Source of the DNA: Paragordius varius
Taxonomy: Eukaryota; Animalia; Nematomorpha
Reading direction: 5' to 3'
DNA: 64,000 nt
Assembly (NCBI GenBank): GCA_964247055.1
Contig: OZ176056.1
Span: forward strand, 1,302,001-1,366,000
This document shows, one piece after another, positions 22,601-37,900 of the stretch (the stretch's first letter is position 1; each line of letters starts with the position of its first letter). The notes beneath the pieces are model-generated. The model ran no database searches. It saw nothing but the letters and a program-made list of their open reading frames with translations, and had not been told where the DNA came from. Position numbers and translations under genes: made by a program.

Positions 22601-25600
22601 AATCTGTTTTCAATCAATTCTCAACTCGTTAACAACCAAAACACCGTCTATCTTGTTACTGAATGGCGGCTATGAGTGGATGTACACAATAATACTTTAA
22701 TCTGTTTAGTCCTTTACAGTAAACTCAAGTTAGCCAAGTCTTTACAATAAACCGTCCGGCAAAATCTGTTTTCAATCAATTCTCAACTCGTTAACAACCA
22801 AAACACCGTCTATCTTGTTACTGAATTGGGGCTTCGGTGATGAGTGGATGTACACAATAATACTTTAATCTGTTTAGTCCTTTACGGTAAACTCAAGTCA
22901 GCCAAGTCTTTACAATAAACCGTCCGGCAAAATCTGTTTTAAATCAATTCTCAACTCGTTAACAACCAAAACACCGTCTATCTTGTTACTGAATTGGGGC
23001 TTCGGTGATGAGTGGATGTACACAAGAATACTTTAATCTGTTTAGTCTTTTACAGTAAACTCAATTTAGCCAAGTCTTTACAATAAACCCTCCGGCAAAA
23101 TCTGTTTTCAATCAATTTTCAACTCGTTAACAGCCAAAACACCGTCTATCTTGTTACTGAATTGGGGCTTCGGTGATGAGTGGATGTACACAATAATACT
23201 TTAATCTGTTTAGTCCTTTACAGTAAACTCAAGTTAGCCAAGTCTTTACAATAAACCGTCCGGCAAAATCTGTTTTCAATCAATTTTCAACTCGTTAACA
23301 ACCAAAACACCGTCTATCTTGTTACTGAATTGGGGCTTCGGTGATGAGTGGATGTACACAATAATACTTTAATCTGTTTAGTCCTTTACAGTAAACTCAA
23401 GTTAGCCAAATCTTACAATAAACCGTCCGGCAAAATCTGTTTTCAATCAATTTTCAACTCGTTAACAGCCAAAACACCGTCTATCTTGTTACTGAATTGG
23501 GGCTTCGGTGATGAGTGGATGTACACAATAATACTTTAATCTGTTTAGTCCTTTACAGTAAACTCAAGTTAGCCAAGTCTTTACAATAAACCGTCCGGCA
23601 AAATCTGTTTTCAATCAATTTTCAACTCGTTAACAACCAAAACACCGTCTATCTTGTTACTGAATTGGGGCTTCGGTGATGAGTGGATGTACACAATAAT
23701 ACTTTAATCTGTTTATTCCTTTACAGTAAACTCAAGTTAGCCAAATCTTACAATAAACCGTCCTGCGAAATCTGTTTTCAATCAATTCTCAACTCGTTAA
23801 CAACCAAAACACCGTCTATCTTGTTACTGAATTGGGGCTTCGGTGATGAGTGGATGTACACAATAATACTTTAATCTGTTTAGTCCTTTACAGTAAACTC
23901 AAGTCAGCCAAGTCTTTACAATAAACCGTCCGGCAAAATCTGTTTTAAATCAATTCTCAACTCGTTAACAACCAAAACACCGTCTATCTTGTTACTGAAT
24001 TGGGGCTTCGGTGATGAGTGGATGTACACAATAATACTTTAATCTGTTTAGTCTTTTACAGTAAACTCAAGTCAGCCAAGTCTTTACAATAAACCGTCCG
24101 GCAAATACTGTTTTAAATCAATTCTCAACTCGTTAACAACCAAAACACCGTCTATCTTGTTAATTGGGGCTTCGGTGATGAGTGGATGTACACAATAATA
24201 CTTTAATCTGTTTAGTCCTTTACAGTAAACTCAAGTTAGCCAAGTCTTTACAATAAACCGTCCGGCAAAATCTGTTTTCAATCAATTCTCAACTCGTTAA
24301 CAACCAAAACACCGTCTATCTTGTTACTGAATTGGGGCTTCGGTGATGAGTGGATGTACACAATAATACTTTAATCTGTTTAGTCCTTTACAGTAAACTC
24401 AAGTCAGCCAAGTCTTTACAATAACCGTCCGGCAAAATCTGTTTTCAATCAATTCTCAACTCGTTAACAACCAAAACACCGTCTATCTTGTTAATTGGGG
24501 CTTCGGTGATGAGTGGATGTACACAATAATACTTTAATCTGTTTAGTCCTTTACAGTAAACTCAAGTCAGCCAAGTCTTTACAATAACCGTCCGGCAAAA
24601 TCTGTTTTCAATCAATTCTCTACTCGTCAACCAAAACACCGTCTATCTTGTTACTGAATTGGGGCTTCGGTGATGAGTGGATGTACACAATAATACTTTA
24701 ATCTGTTTAGTCCTTTACAGTAAACTCAAGTCAGCCAAGTCTTTACAATAAACCGTCCGGCAAAATCTGTTTTAAATCAATTCTCAACTCGTTAACAACC
24801 AAAACACCGTCTATCTTGTTAATTGGGGCTTCGGTGATGAGTGGATGTACACAATAATACTTTAATCTGTTATTCCTTTACAGTAAACTCAAGTTAGATA
24901 AATCTTACAATAAGCCGTCCGGCGAAATCTGTTTTCAATCAATTCTCGACTCGTTAACAACCAAAACACCGTCTATCTTGTTACTGAATTGGGGCTTCGG
25001 TGATGAGTGGATGTACACAATAATACTTTAATCTGTTTAGTCCTTTACAGTAAACTCAAGTTAGCCAAGTCTTTACAATAAACCGTCCGGCAAAATCTGT
25101 TTTCAATCAATTCTCAACTCGTTAACAACCAAAACACCGTCTATCTTGTTAATTGGGGCTTCGGTGATGAGTGGATGTACACAATAATACTTTAATCTGT
25201 TATTCCTTTACAGTAAACTCAAGTTAGCCAAATCTTACAATAAGCCGTCCGGCGAAATCTGTTTTCAATCAATTCTCGACTCGTTAACAACCAAAACACC
25301 GTCTATCTTGTTACTGAATTGGGGCTTCGGTGATGAGTGGATGTACACAATAATACTTTAATCTGTTTAGTCCTTTACAGTAATCTCAAGTTAGCCAAGT
25401 CTTTACAATAAACCGTCCGGCAAAATCTGTTTTCAATCAATTCTCAACTCGTTAACAACCAAAACACCGTCTATCTTGTTACTGAATTGGGGCTTCGGTG
25501 ATGAGTGGATGTACACAATAATACTTTAATCTGTTTAGTCCTTTACAGTAAACTCAAGTCAGCCAAGTCTTTACAATAACCGTCCGGCAAAATCTGTTTT

Positions 25601-28600
25601 CAATCAATTCTCTACTCGTCAACCAAAACACCGTCTATCTTGTTACCGAATTGGGGCTTCGGTGATGAGTGGATGTACACAATAATACTTTAATCTGTTT
25701 AGTCCTTTACAGTAAACTCAAGTCAGCCAAGTCTTTACAATAAACCGTCCGGCAAAATCTGTTTTAAATCAATTCTCAACTTGTTAACAACCAAAACACC
25801 GTCTATCTTGTTAATTGGGGCTTCGGTGATGAGTGGATGTACACAATAATACTTTAATCTGTTATTCCTTTACAGTAAACTCAAGTTAGCCAAATCTTAC
25901 AATAAGCCGTCCGGCGAAATCTGTTTTCAATCAATTCTCGACTCGTTAACAACCAAAACACCGTCTATCTTGTTACTGAATTGGGGCTTCGGTGATGAGT
26001 GGATGTACACAATAATACTTTAATCTGTTTAGTCCTTTACAGTAAACTCAAGTTAGCCAAGTCTTTACAATAAACCGTCCGGCAAAATCTGTTTTCAATC
26101 AATTCTCTACTCGTCAACCAAAACACCGTCTATCTTGTTACTGAATTGGGGCTTCGGTGATGAGTGGATGTACACAATAATACTTTAATCTGTTTAGTCC
26201 TTTACAGTAAACTCAAGTCAGCCAAGTCTTTACAATAAACCGTCCGGCAAAATCTGTTTTAAATCAATTCTCAACTCGTTAACAACCAAAACACCATCTA
26301 TCTTGTTAATTGGGGCTTCGGTGATGAGTGGATATACACAATAATACTTTAATCTGTTATTCCTTTACAGTAAACTCAAGTTAGCCAAATCTTACAATAA
26401 GCCGTCCGGCGAAATCTGTTTTCAATCAATTCTCGACTCGTTAACAACCAAAACACCGTCTATCTTGTTACTGAATTGGGGCTTCGGTGATGAGTGGATG
26501 TACACAATAATACTTTAATCTGTTTAGTCCTTTACAGTAAACTCAAGTTAGCCAAGTCTTTACAATAAACCGTCCGGCAAAATCTGTTTTCAATCAATTC
26601 TCAACTCGTTAACAACCAAAACACCGTCTATCTTGTTACTGAATTGGGGCTTCGGTGATGAGTGGATGTACACAATAATACTTTAATCTGTTTAGTCCTT
26701 TACAGTAAACTCAAGTCAGCCAAGTCTTTACAATAACCGTCCGGCAAAATCTGTTTTCAATCAATTCTCAACTCGTTAACAACCAAAACACCGTCTATCT
26801 TGTTACTGAATTGGGGCTTCGGTGATGAGTGGATGTACACAATAATACTTTAATCTGTTTAGTCCTTTACAGTAAACTCAAGTCAGCCAAGTCTTTACAA
26901 TAACCGTCCGGCAAAATCTGTTTTCAATCAATTCTCAACTCGTTAACAACCAAAACACCGTCTATCTTGTTACTGAATGGCGGCTTCGGTGATGAGTGTA
27001 CACAATAATACTTTAATCTGTTTAGTCCTTTACAGTAAACTCAAGTTAGCCAAGTCTTTACAATAACCGTCCGGCAAAATCTGTTTTCAATCAATTCTCA
27101 ACTCGTTACCAACCAAAACACCGTCTATCTTGTTACTGAATTGGGGCTTCGGTGATGAGTGGATGTACACAATAATACTTTAATCTGTTTAGTCCTTTAC
27201 AGTAAATTCAAGTCAGCCAAGTCTTTACAATAACCGTCCGGCAAAATCTGTTTTCAATCAATTCTCAACTCGTTAACAACCAAAACACCGTCTATCTTGT
27301 TACTGAATGGCGGCTTCGGTGATGAGTGGATGTACACAATAATACTTTAATCTGTTTAGTCCTTTACAGTAAACTCAAGTTAGCCAAGTCTTTACAATAA
27401 ACCGTCCGGCAAAATCTGTTTTCAATCAATTTTCAACTCGTTAACAACCAAAACACCGTCTATCTTGTTACTGAATTGGGGCTTCGGTGATGAGTGGATG
27501 TACACAATAATACTTTAATCTGTTTAGTCCTTTACAGTAAACTCAAGTTAGCCAAGTCTTTACAATAAAATGTCCGGCAAAATCTGTTTTCAATCAATTC
27601 TCAACTCGTTCACAACCAAAACACCGTCTATCTTGTTACTGAATTGGGGCTTCGGTGATGAGTGGATGTACACAATAATACTTTAATCTGTTTAGTCCTT
27701 TACAGTAAACTCAAGTTAGCCAAGTCTTTACAATAAACCGTCCGGCGAAATCTGTTTTCAATCAATTCTCAACTCGTTAACAACCAAAACACCGTCTATC
27801 TTGTTACTTAATTGGGGCTTCGGTGATGAGTGGATGTACACAATAATTTTACAGTAAACTCAAGTTAGCCAAGTCTTTACAATAAACCGTCCGGCAAAAT
27901 CTGTTTTCAATCAATTCTCAACTCGTTCACAACCAAAACACCGTCTATCTTGTTACTGAATGGCGGCTTCGGTGATGAGTGGATGTACACAATAATACTT
28001 TAATCTGTTTAGTTCTTTACAGTAAACTCAAGATAGGCAAGTCTTTACAATAAACCGTCCGGCAAAATCTGTTTTCAATCAATTCTCAACTCGTTAACAA
28101 CCAAAAGACCGTCTATCTTGTTACTGAATTAAGGCTTCGGTGATGAGTGGATGTACACAATAATACTTTTATCTGTTTAGTCCTTTACAGTAAACTCAAG
28201 TTAGCCAAATCTTACAATACACCGTCCGGCGAAATCTGTTTTCAATCAATTCTCAACTCGTTAATAATCAAAACACCGTCTATCTTGTTACTGAATTGGG
28301 GCTTCGGTGATGAGTGGATGTACACAATAATACTTTAATCTGTTTAGTCCTTTACAGTAAACTCAAGTTAGCCAAGTCTTTACAAGAAACCGTCCGGCAA
28401 AATCTGTTTTCAATCGATTCTCAACTCGTTAACAACCAAAACACCGTCTATCTTGTTACTGAATTGGGGCTTCGGTGATGAGTGGATGTACATAATAATA
28501 CTTTAATCTGTTTAGTCCTTTACAGTAAACTCAAGTTAGCCAAATCTTACAATAAACCGTCCGGCAAAATCTGTTTTCAATCAATTCTCAACTCGTTAAC

Positions 28601-29160
28601 AACCAAAACACCGTCTATCTTGTTACTGAATTGGGGCTTCGGTGATGAATGGGTGTACACAATAATACTTTAATCTGTTTAGTCCTTTACATTAAACTCA
28701 AGTTAGCCAAGTCTTTACAATAAACCGTCCGGCAAAATCTGTTTTCAATCAATTCTCAACTCGTTAACAACCAAAACACCGTCTATCTTGTTACTGAATT
28801 GGGGCTTCGGTGATGAGTGGATGTACACAATAATACTTTAATCTGTTTAGTCCATTACAGTAAACTCAAGTTAGCCAAGTCTTACAATAAACCGTCCGGC
28901 GAAATCTGTTTTCAATCAATTCTCAACTTGTTAACAACTAAAACACCATCTATCTTGTTACTGAATTTGGGCTTCGGTGATGAGTGGATGTACGCAATAA
29001 TACTTTAATCTGTTTAGTCCTTTACAGTAAACTCAAGTTAGCCAAATCTTACAATAAACCGTCCGGCAAAATCTGTTTTCAATCAATTCTCAACTCGTTA
29101 ACAACCAAAACCCCATCTATCTTGTTACTGAATTGCGGGCTTAGGTGATGAGTGGATATA
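19648..29160 (+). repeat. 167-168 bp tandem satellite array 1 (~57 monomers)
   Basis: Head-to-tail monomer GGCTTCGGTGATGAGTGGATGTACACAATAATACTTTAATCTGTTTAGTCCTTTACAGTAAACTCAAGTTAGCCAAGTCTTTACAATAAACCGTCCGGCAAAATCTGTTTTCAATCAATTCTCAACTCGTTAACAACCAAAACACCGTCTATCTTGTTACTGAATTGG. The copy number is array length divided by unit length. Confidence 0.97.
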
Positions 29161-32100
29161 AAAGACTAGTTTTTTATCGATACAACAAAAACTAACAGTA
29201 CCATATTTTGCTTTTCATATACTCCCAATTTGCCTTTCTCACTCTTATTTTTGTCACATATCTTATTCTCGACGTCTCGAAACAGACTACAAAAGAATTA
29301 CAGCCATTTCATTTATTTTGATATCCAATATATTTTAATGTTTTATTAAATAATATATATATAAACCCATAAAAATGGGGTCATAACACCTTACAAAATA
29401 AAAAATAAATAATTTTAATCGTATATAATATTCAGATATTGTGTGGTTTTTTTATAATATAATTTAGATTACAAAGATCATTCAATACAGACGCAGCGAT
29501 TCTGTATACTATCTTCAATTTTTTTACCAAATTAAATGTTTTTGGTAAGATTTATTTCAAAAATAAATAAATTTTTAAAAATTAAAATTATACAGTAGAC
29601 AAAACGTTAAAACTAAAACATATAAGTTTTATAGAAGATTACCATATTTCTTAACCAAATGTTATCACCGTTTTGTTTTGCAAAGTAAGGTATATTGATT
29701 TAAGTGATGACACTATCATATTATATACTTAAAAATATTTATTCTAGTTTATTCAGGAATTATCTAGTTTTAAAAGAGTTGGTTATCTTTTTAAATTGTC
29801 TTTTAATTTTTGAAAATAATTTTTATTGTAAAATCGTAAATAAAAATTTAAATGTGCACCACGGGGGAGGGGGGTAGTTATGTCAAAAAATACCCAATTA
29901 TATATATTCTGATAAAAAATGATAAGAATTCTATGTTGCTTTTGTTTTGGGTCTTACCATTAGATTGCGAAAAACGGACGGGTCCTAAAATGAATGGTTC
30001 CTTTAAAATAAATCAAAATGGCAAAATTGCGCGACAAAAATATTAAACATCTATGACATCAAAAAAATTTAATTTAAGAAAAACGTTTTAAATCTAAGAT
30101 TTTGGCAAAATTTTGGTGAAAGCGTTTTTATACCGTTTCGTACCTTAAAATAAGATGAAATGCGCTTCAACTAATATTTCTTAAAATAAATTTTTGCAAA
30201 AAGTATGCTTTTAAAAAGATTTTTTTGAAAAGATTTAGCATTTAAAAAATTTCACTCACACAATCCAGGCATTTAGCGTTTATTAAAGCCCATTTTAAAA
30301 AAGAGAAAAAATTTGGGACTTTCAGACCCCGCAAAAAATAAAATATTTTAAAAATATTGTGCTTTTTAGTAGTTTGAGATATAGTTCTATTTTGTGAAAC
30401 CATTTATCTTTCACCAAAGAAATTTTATTTTAAAAATGTGCTCAAATTTGCCATTTTCTGATATTGGAAGCACTTACCACTAAAGTATATATAACTTTCT
30501 TATATTACTTGTAAGCGCCGAAATTAAAAAGACCATGATAATCCCGATATTTTTCTATCTATCAGTATATAGTTTTCAGCAGGTAATTTTTTGTGGCAGT
30601 ATTTATACATCAAACACAATAGTACTCGTTTACAAGTGTTGAACAATTTTTTTAATTCGAATTTCTACTATGTTAGTTTAACTTTGACAATCAGCATTTT
30701 TATGGATAATCTATAAGCGTAGCCCTTTAATTATATAAAATATATTGTATTTAAATTGTGGTATATGTCAGTAATAAGCATTCCAGATAATTAACTTTGT
30801 AAACGATACAAGAATACAAATTGTGTCCGCTAGTTTTATATTGCTCTTGTTAAATATAAATCAAAAAGATGTTTTAGTTATTTCTGATATATTATAGTCG
30901 CAGAGATACATCATATAATAAAATGTAGTTTATAAATTCATTCGTGACAACCTCAACTTGCTTGTAATTTGTCAAGCGCTTACTGATTAAACCTATAGCC
31001 AGCCTGCTTTTAAAAATTAAAAATAATACTATAACAAACAAGGTTTATTTAAAATGAGGAAAATATGTTATAAAGTTAGTAAAACTATATAATCATAGTT
31101 AAATAATATTAGAAAATATTTTTAAATCTTAAACGCAATTCAACTTTGTTTTGCTTAGGCTGTCATAACTTTTAAGTAAGAATGTTTGTTAACTTGTTTA
31201 TGCATTACATTGTAGTTGGAGCGTACCTTGTACTATAGAAAACTGACCTTATAAAATGTTTTTTCAACGTGAATATCCAAATATTTTTTTAAAAATTATT
31301 TTATTAAATATTCCGATGATGAATGCCATTATGCGAACATTAATTTATAAATTTATAGCATGTATTTTATTAAGTCAAACGACAGGTAATTTGCCGCAGT
31401 TTGTGCTTTTAGGAAAACTTTTTGACTGCTTTAAATAGCAAATTATGTCAATTTTTAATTTTAAAAATAATTTACAAATTTAGATTTTCACTGAAAAACT
31501 TATATTTCGAGTGATATGGTTTTCTGATTAGATAGAGTAAGGATTCGTCAATGTTAGTAAATAGATATAAAAACAGTCAGTCACTTATTAGATACCTTTA
31601 ATTTATACTTTAGCTAAGCAATGATTTTCTAAATTTTGAGTTTCTAAAAATGCCAACAATATATAAATTTGATTTATTGTAATACTAATAAAATATAACT
31701 AAATCGATTATGTTAAATCAATCATTATACTTCAATGGAATAATTTAATAAAAATGCCTAACTTTAATCCTTAGTGATTAACCCATAATTTATTATTTGA
31801 TAGACAAAATATATATTTAACTATATTTGATTAAAATATGAAAAATAAACGTTTTATCCTTAATGAATAATAATCATATTTACTTTATATTGATTGCAAA
31901 AAATCTAAATTTTAAATGATATCACTATTTTATTTATTAGCAATTTGATTGTGATTGAATAGTTTAGTTTATATTATATCTTTAGATATTCAAAACCTAT
32001 TTTTTTATAGCGTTATTTTAAAATGTTTGAGGGTGAATTTAAATGTTAAAGAGTAAATTTAAGGAGCAATGGTATATTTTTTTAAAATTTGATAAAAGTT

Positions 32101-32477
32101 TGCGAATAATTTTATTACAAAGCCAATCGACCAGTTTTATATATTGATCCGTGCTATACGAATTTTAATAAATTGTTTTATAAAATTATATAGCATATCG
32201 TAAACAAATTGTATTCGGTAAGGATATACACTTACATATTTTTATGTTTTTACCTGATTATGATTTATTAAACTTCAGAATATTAATATTTATGATTAAA
32301 TAATATAAACAAAAATTTTTTATAATAAAAAGGTATATTAGCAAATGTCAATTGATATTTTTTCATATACGTATTTATTGACATTTAATATTGTGACACT
32401 GGGTTTAGTTATTGAGATCAAGGATGACAATTATTCACTTAATACTAATCAATCCAGAACGGACATTGAACAAAGTA

Positions 32478-32525
<48 letters not shown>

Positions 32526-33271
32526 TGCTTTTTTCAAAAATATTATGCATTGCAATAGTTGATATTAAAATTATTTTTAAAATTGGTTCCAAATAAACAT
32601 TTTTTGTTTTGACTTTTCCACATATTTTTTGAAAATAAACTTTTATGATTTCATTTTAATGCCATATCGGTTTTAGTTTTAGTGTCTTTGATACATTTGG
32701 TTTTTAAAGTCATTGTCAAATCTTGATTCCATATTTTTTAAAATATCATTTTATAAAGAACCAGACATCGTATGATTCGAAATCATACATTATAAGAGAT
32801 TTTTAAAAAGGAAAATGAGAATTTTTGGGTTTCGATCACAAATACAATGCTGTTTTATTTGATATTAAAATTTATATTTTTATATATATTTATTATTAGG
32901 AATTTCAGAAAATATACAAGTTATAATCAAATACAATCCCTTTTTGTTACAAATTTATGTTTATTAGGCAATCATTATTTGTCTAATTCAAATTTTTGAT
33001 TTTGCAGAATCTCACTAAAATACCACATGTTTCAGTTACAGAATTTGTTTAAGTAATATTTTTTGGATTTAAATATATAATATTTATATAACTTCCGTGA
33101 TAATTGGTGCGGCTCGGTGAAAATTTGGAAATATATTTTTAAAAAATATGCCTATGAATATAAAATTAATATTTCTTAAATTATTTTCTGTATTATTTTA
33201 TCCGATAGGCAATAAACTAGAAATTGATGTATATTGTTTGAATTTTTATTTTTTTATGTTTGAATAATAAA

Positions 33272-33571
33272 ATATACCATTTACTAATCCAATTCACCCT
33301 AAACAATTCACCCTCACCCTTAACATAAATTATGTGTTTTCGGAACGATATAATTCATCATTGATATGAAACATATTTTTACGACATAGATTATTTTTCA
33401 GCATTATATTAATTTTAAACGGAATTTGATATTTTAAAAATATTTTAAAAAGGTAATTTTTAATCTTAAAAAACACAATTTATTTTAGGGTGAATTTATA
33501 TTTCTTCGAGGGTGAATTTATATTATACAAGGGTGAATTGTTCAAGGGTGAATTTGAACTGTAAATGCTAT
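33272..33571. mobile_element. MITE family A copy
   Basis: Left end ATATACCATTTACTAATCCAATTCACCC, right end GGGTGAATTTGAACTGTAAATGCTAT, with the same sub-repeats. Partial copies lie at ~32030-32076 and ~34961-35060. Confidence 0.8.
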
Positions 33572-34774
33572 TAGCTTATATATATTTCAAATACGGCCCG
33601 CCGATTTTTTGATTCAAAAAGCCCCCAAAGCTATTTTATGTTCTTGTTTTAAAGGTTAAGATTAAATATTTAATATGATACTAACTTATTTTAAGTGGTA
33701 CAATGATTAATTAGAGCTCCATATTAGAGAAATATTGGTTTGACCGATTAAAAATAACGGTTTTAGTGTTTATAAATGCAATTCCCGCTTTAATAATATG
33801 AACAGATAAATGCGGCTTAAAAAGTGAAAATTCAATTTTAATATGACCATATATATCATTAAAAATACTTATTTAGTCATAAAATTAAGTTTATCATATA
33901 TCAAATTCATATTTTGTTTCAAACGATATCATATGGTTAAAATTGTTTAAGTATTGACTGGTTATTTTTAATAATTTTAAGCAAGAATTTACAACCGGGG
34001 TCAGTCTAAATAATAAAATAATTTATCATCTGTTTTTTTCAGATTCAAATGAAACTCAGTTGATGGATAAATATTATTATGAACAGGTCTCGTTATTATA
34101 AAACTTTTTATGTTCTGTATAATATTTACAGTAAAAAATTTTTTTCAACACGAGTATAGTTTTTAAGACTTTATTTCAATTACAATAAAAATTGATATTA
34201 TACGGACAAAACTTAAAAATATAAATACAAATATTTTTTTTTAAAAGACAACCATACTTTTAAATCTCAATGTTTCTCATATAAGCTATTTAGTTAGATT
34301 TGCAAAATATAAAATTGATTGTGTTGGTATTATATATTTTTATTTCACACTTTGCCATTTAAAACAATGAGTTATATTGATATAAATCTCGATTTAAATG
34401 GTTGCCTTTTAGAAAAAAATGTTTTATATTTTTCGTTTTGTCCGTATAATTTCATTTTACTGTTTATAACTCATTGTTTTAAACTGCAAAGTATGAAATA
34501 AAGATGTTAATTGGTAACACAATTTACATATTCTACGAATGTAAATAAATAGTTTATATAGGAAAAATTAAGATTTCAAAAAGTATGATTGCTTTTGAAA
34601 AAAATATATTTGTCTTTATGTTTTCAGGTTTTGTCTTAGAATTCCGATTTTTACTGTACAATAAAAATTAAGGCTTTACAAAAAAATTTTATCATTCTTT
34701 TTTAGTCAGGGCCTGGAGGAACAAGTAAAAGCGTGTTTTAACAAAGATAATAGATAATTACGTATTTTTTTCTG

Positions 34775-34958
34775 CAGTATCATATTAATGGTTGCTTATT
34801 TCACACTATAGTTCGGCAATTTGCCACAGAGTAGTTGATGTATGGAAAAAACAACAAAATGTTGAATAAACAATTTATTCCTTTCTGTTTTCCATACACT
34901 ACTTAACTGTGTTGCAAATTGCCTGTAGTGTGAAATAAGCAACCATTAATGCATACTG
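34775..34958. mobile_element. Near-palindromic MITE (CAGTA...TACTG ends)
   Basis: CAGTATCATATTAATGGTTGCTTATTTCACACTA pairs with TAGTGTGAAATAAGCAACCATTAATGCATACTG. The inner arms (GGCAATTTGC/GCAAATTGCC, TATGGAAAA/TTTTCCATA) also pair. Confidence 0.75.
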
Positions 34959-37900
34959 TATATAACATTTACATTTCAAATTCACCATTAACAATTCAAA
35001 TTCACCCTCGAACAATTAAATTCACAAAAATAAATTATGTGTTTTCGAACTAATATCTTATTATTATTTTATATATATCTTATTATTATGTAAAAGAATT
35101 GATTACCTCAATTTTTAGCCTAAAAGTTTAAATTATTTTTTTACAATGTTTACCAACGATCTTTATAAATTTGTTTAATAATTGGAAAATGCAGATATTG
35201 GGCAGTATTTTAAAGCTCATAGTTAGGAATGAAGAGCGTCCATTTAGTTGAAATAAAAGCTTAACGAGAATAATTGAGAATAAAAAAAATAAAATTTGCC
35301 TTCACCGATTTGGAATACAATGTCGAATCATTTTTTAACGTGTTGTCAAAATGGTTAAAGATTTTAATGTGATGTTTTAAATAATAATTATGAACTCTAT
35401 TCATTTTCAATATAGCTGCGAATATAAAGAAAGACCCTAATAAAACGGTATTTATATTTGAAAATGCATTAATAATCATGCTTTATTTTTGTGTTGATGC
35501 GAAGATGTTATAGGAATCTAATGAAAATTCATCAACGAATTTATTATTAATTTTGCTGATGCATCATAATATTCAAAAAAACTCAATTTGCTTTTACATT
35601 TTTTATATTTATAAGATTTTATACTGATATTTTTCCGTGCTTAGAATTTTAGTGAATAAAAGTTTGAAAATCATAGCGATATGTTTAAAATAAATCCAGT
35701 GATATGAAATTGACATTAATTATAGTAATATTAAAATTCTTAGATATATGAAAGGTCCAACAAAACAAGCCCAATTTCCAAAGGTCGGACTCAAGTATGA
35801 AAATATATTTAACATAAAAAGGATTCTGTCATTTATGGAAAAAAACTTTTAGCTGCCTCTCCTGGTTTACTATTTTTACTCATAATTCATTTATTTTATA
35901 CATCTTATTTGGGACAGTTTGGACAAATAATTAGTCCTAATGGCATTTATTGTCAACATTTACATGATTTTTAATTGAAAAAAATTTAAAATTAAAGGAT
36001 TTTATCAATAAAAATTAAAAAAGTACATTTACATTTTAAGATATAATAAAATCACCTACTTTTGACTCACAATTTAATATAAGAATGGGTAAAAAACAGG
36101 GGTAACTAATACAAATGGCTTCATGGAACACATTTTCGACTTACAGTCATGTATCCTTTATTTTATTAAAAAATTATTTTTTTTCGTTAAATGGGTATAA
36201 ACATTTGTTAAAGAATGGAAAAAACAAAAGCTCTATGGTAATTCTTATACTTTTTGATGAATATGATATTGTTAATACCATAGAGCTCTTTTTTTCCATT
36301 CTTTACCAAATTTATACCAATTTAACGAAAAAAAATAAATTTTCGATAAAATAAAGGGAACATGACTGTAATCGCATTCTTAATATATAATTATTCACCA
36401 ATTTAGCAAAACATATCCAGAAAATTTGAATAAAATAAATATCAACATTTAAAAATTTTATGGCCATATTTTACCATTTATTATATTTCATATTTAATTG
36501 ATATTAATTCACAAAATATTTTGAAGGACGGTGTAGGATACCCCTGTTAAAACATTATTTTAAGGACATCATTTTTAAGCTAAAAAAGTTTAATTAAACC
36601 AGTTATTTAAAAAATTTTATGTAAATATCGAAGAGTTTTATCTTAAAAATTTATTTACCAATTTAATTTTATCATTGATTTAAATTAGTTATTGCAGCGA
36701 TCGGAATTGGTACGATAAATATTTGTCTTTTCTATCAATCTTTCAATTATATTTGTTTATAAACTTCTTAGGTGCTCTAACTCCGCAAGGTAATTCTTTA
36801 TAATTGCTTTATATCAAACAAAAAAGTTAGTTATTTTCAACCGATGAAATTAATAATAAAAAATATAGAAATAATTAAATTAAATTATATTTTTTTCAAT
36901 ATTTGGTAATTTATTGATATATAGTAAGTTTTTTATTTCTAAATCGATTAATTTTCAGAATTACTTTAAATTTGTTTTAAAGTTATATTTTGGACAAAAA
37001 TTTTTTAACTAATATTACACTGGACTTTTTTTAACTGCCATTCTTGTAAATTTAAAATTTATTCACTTAAGTACATAATTGGTATATCTGAAAAGAAAAT
37101 TGGTCTAGCATGCAAGATTTTTTTATATTAGAGTTTATCGATAATTTTTGGCCCCGATTTAACATTAAACTCGAAATTTCGAAAATTAAAACTTTTAGAT
37201 ATGAAGCCATGTATTTTATATCATTCGAAAGAGCGCAAATAACTGCATCTTCATTTAAATCAATCGGATGTAAAAGTTATTTGGATTTAAATGATCGAAA
37301 TTTTCAATCCTTAAATAAGTCAAGAATTTTCACAGACAAACTAATTTGAAAATCATATAAATTATTTTAATATAATTATTAGGGTTTATTAGTATTTTAA
37401 AAAAAAATGTTTGAAAAATCTTTTGGTTTGCTTTTAATAAAAATTATTATTATCATAAATATTTTACCTAGTGGAGACATAAATGCATAGTTATAAATGT
37501 ATATTTATTACATAATGGCTATAAAAAATCAAAAATACCTTAAACTTTGTTTTTATCTTTAAAATTTCGAAATTCAGTCTCGTAAAGAAAATAAATTAAT
37601 ATTGATGAGATGGTACTTTTTAAAAAACAAAAAACTTAAAAATGGCCGTTTTGAGTGACATAGCAATAAAAAATATTTTAATCAAAAAATTCTTGTGTTA
37701 TCTTTTTTGGACATTCATCACCATCTAAACAAAGTTTGAGCTATTTTCATCCATTAGTTTTAAAAATATAATAATTAAAAAAATGCTCTCGCTTCGCGTG
37801 TTTGTCGCTCTTTGTGTCCAATATTAACTGTCGATGTAATACATATTAGTATGCATTTTATAGAGTTTTTATTACTCTTTCGAATGATTATTACAAATGG

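Larger units (their letters stand above)
428..29160 (+). repeat. Large tandem/segmental duplication unit, copy A (micro-exon gene 3' part + ACC 5' fragment + FN3-like fragment + satellite)
   Basis: Colinear alignment by eye with 41378-64000, e.g. AACAGAGGCCACAGAACCCCAACCTGGACC at 471 and 41421, ACC ATG at 8843 and 48389, and an identical satellite entry junction at ~19640 and ~55120. Confidence 0.9.

Noticed and set aside
19663-29008. Many 61-64 aa ORFs (MDVHNNTLICLVLYSKLKLAK…) in both arrays
   Set aside because: They are a by-product of the 167-bp monomer variant. They open and close with 1-nt and 4-nt indels between neighbouring monomers and show no sign of frame preservation.
19648-29160. 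CRISPR array
   Set aside because: The monomers are repeated over their full length with no unique spacers, there are no cas genes, and the context is eukaryotic.
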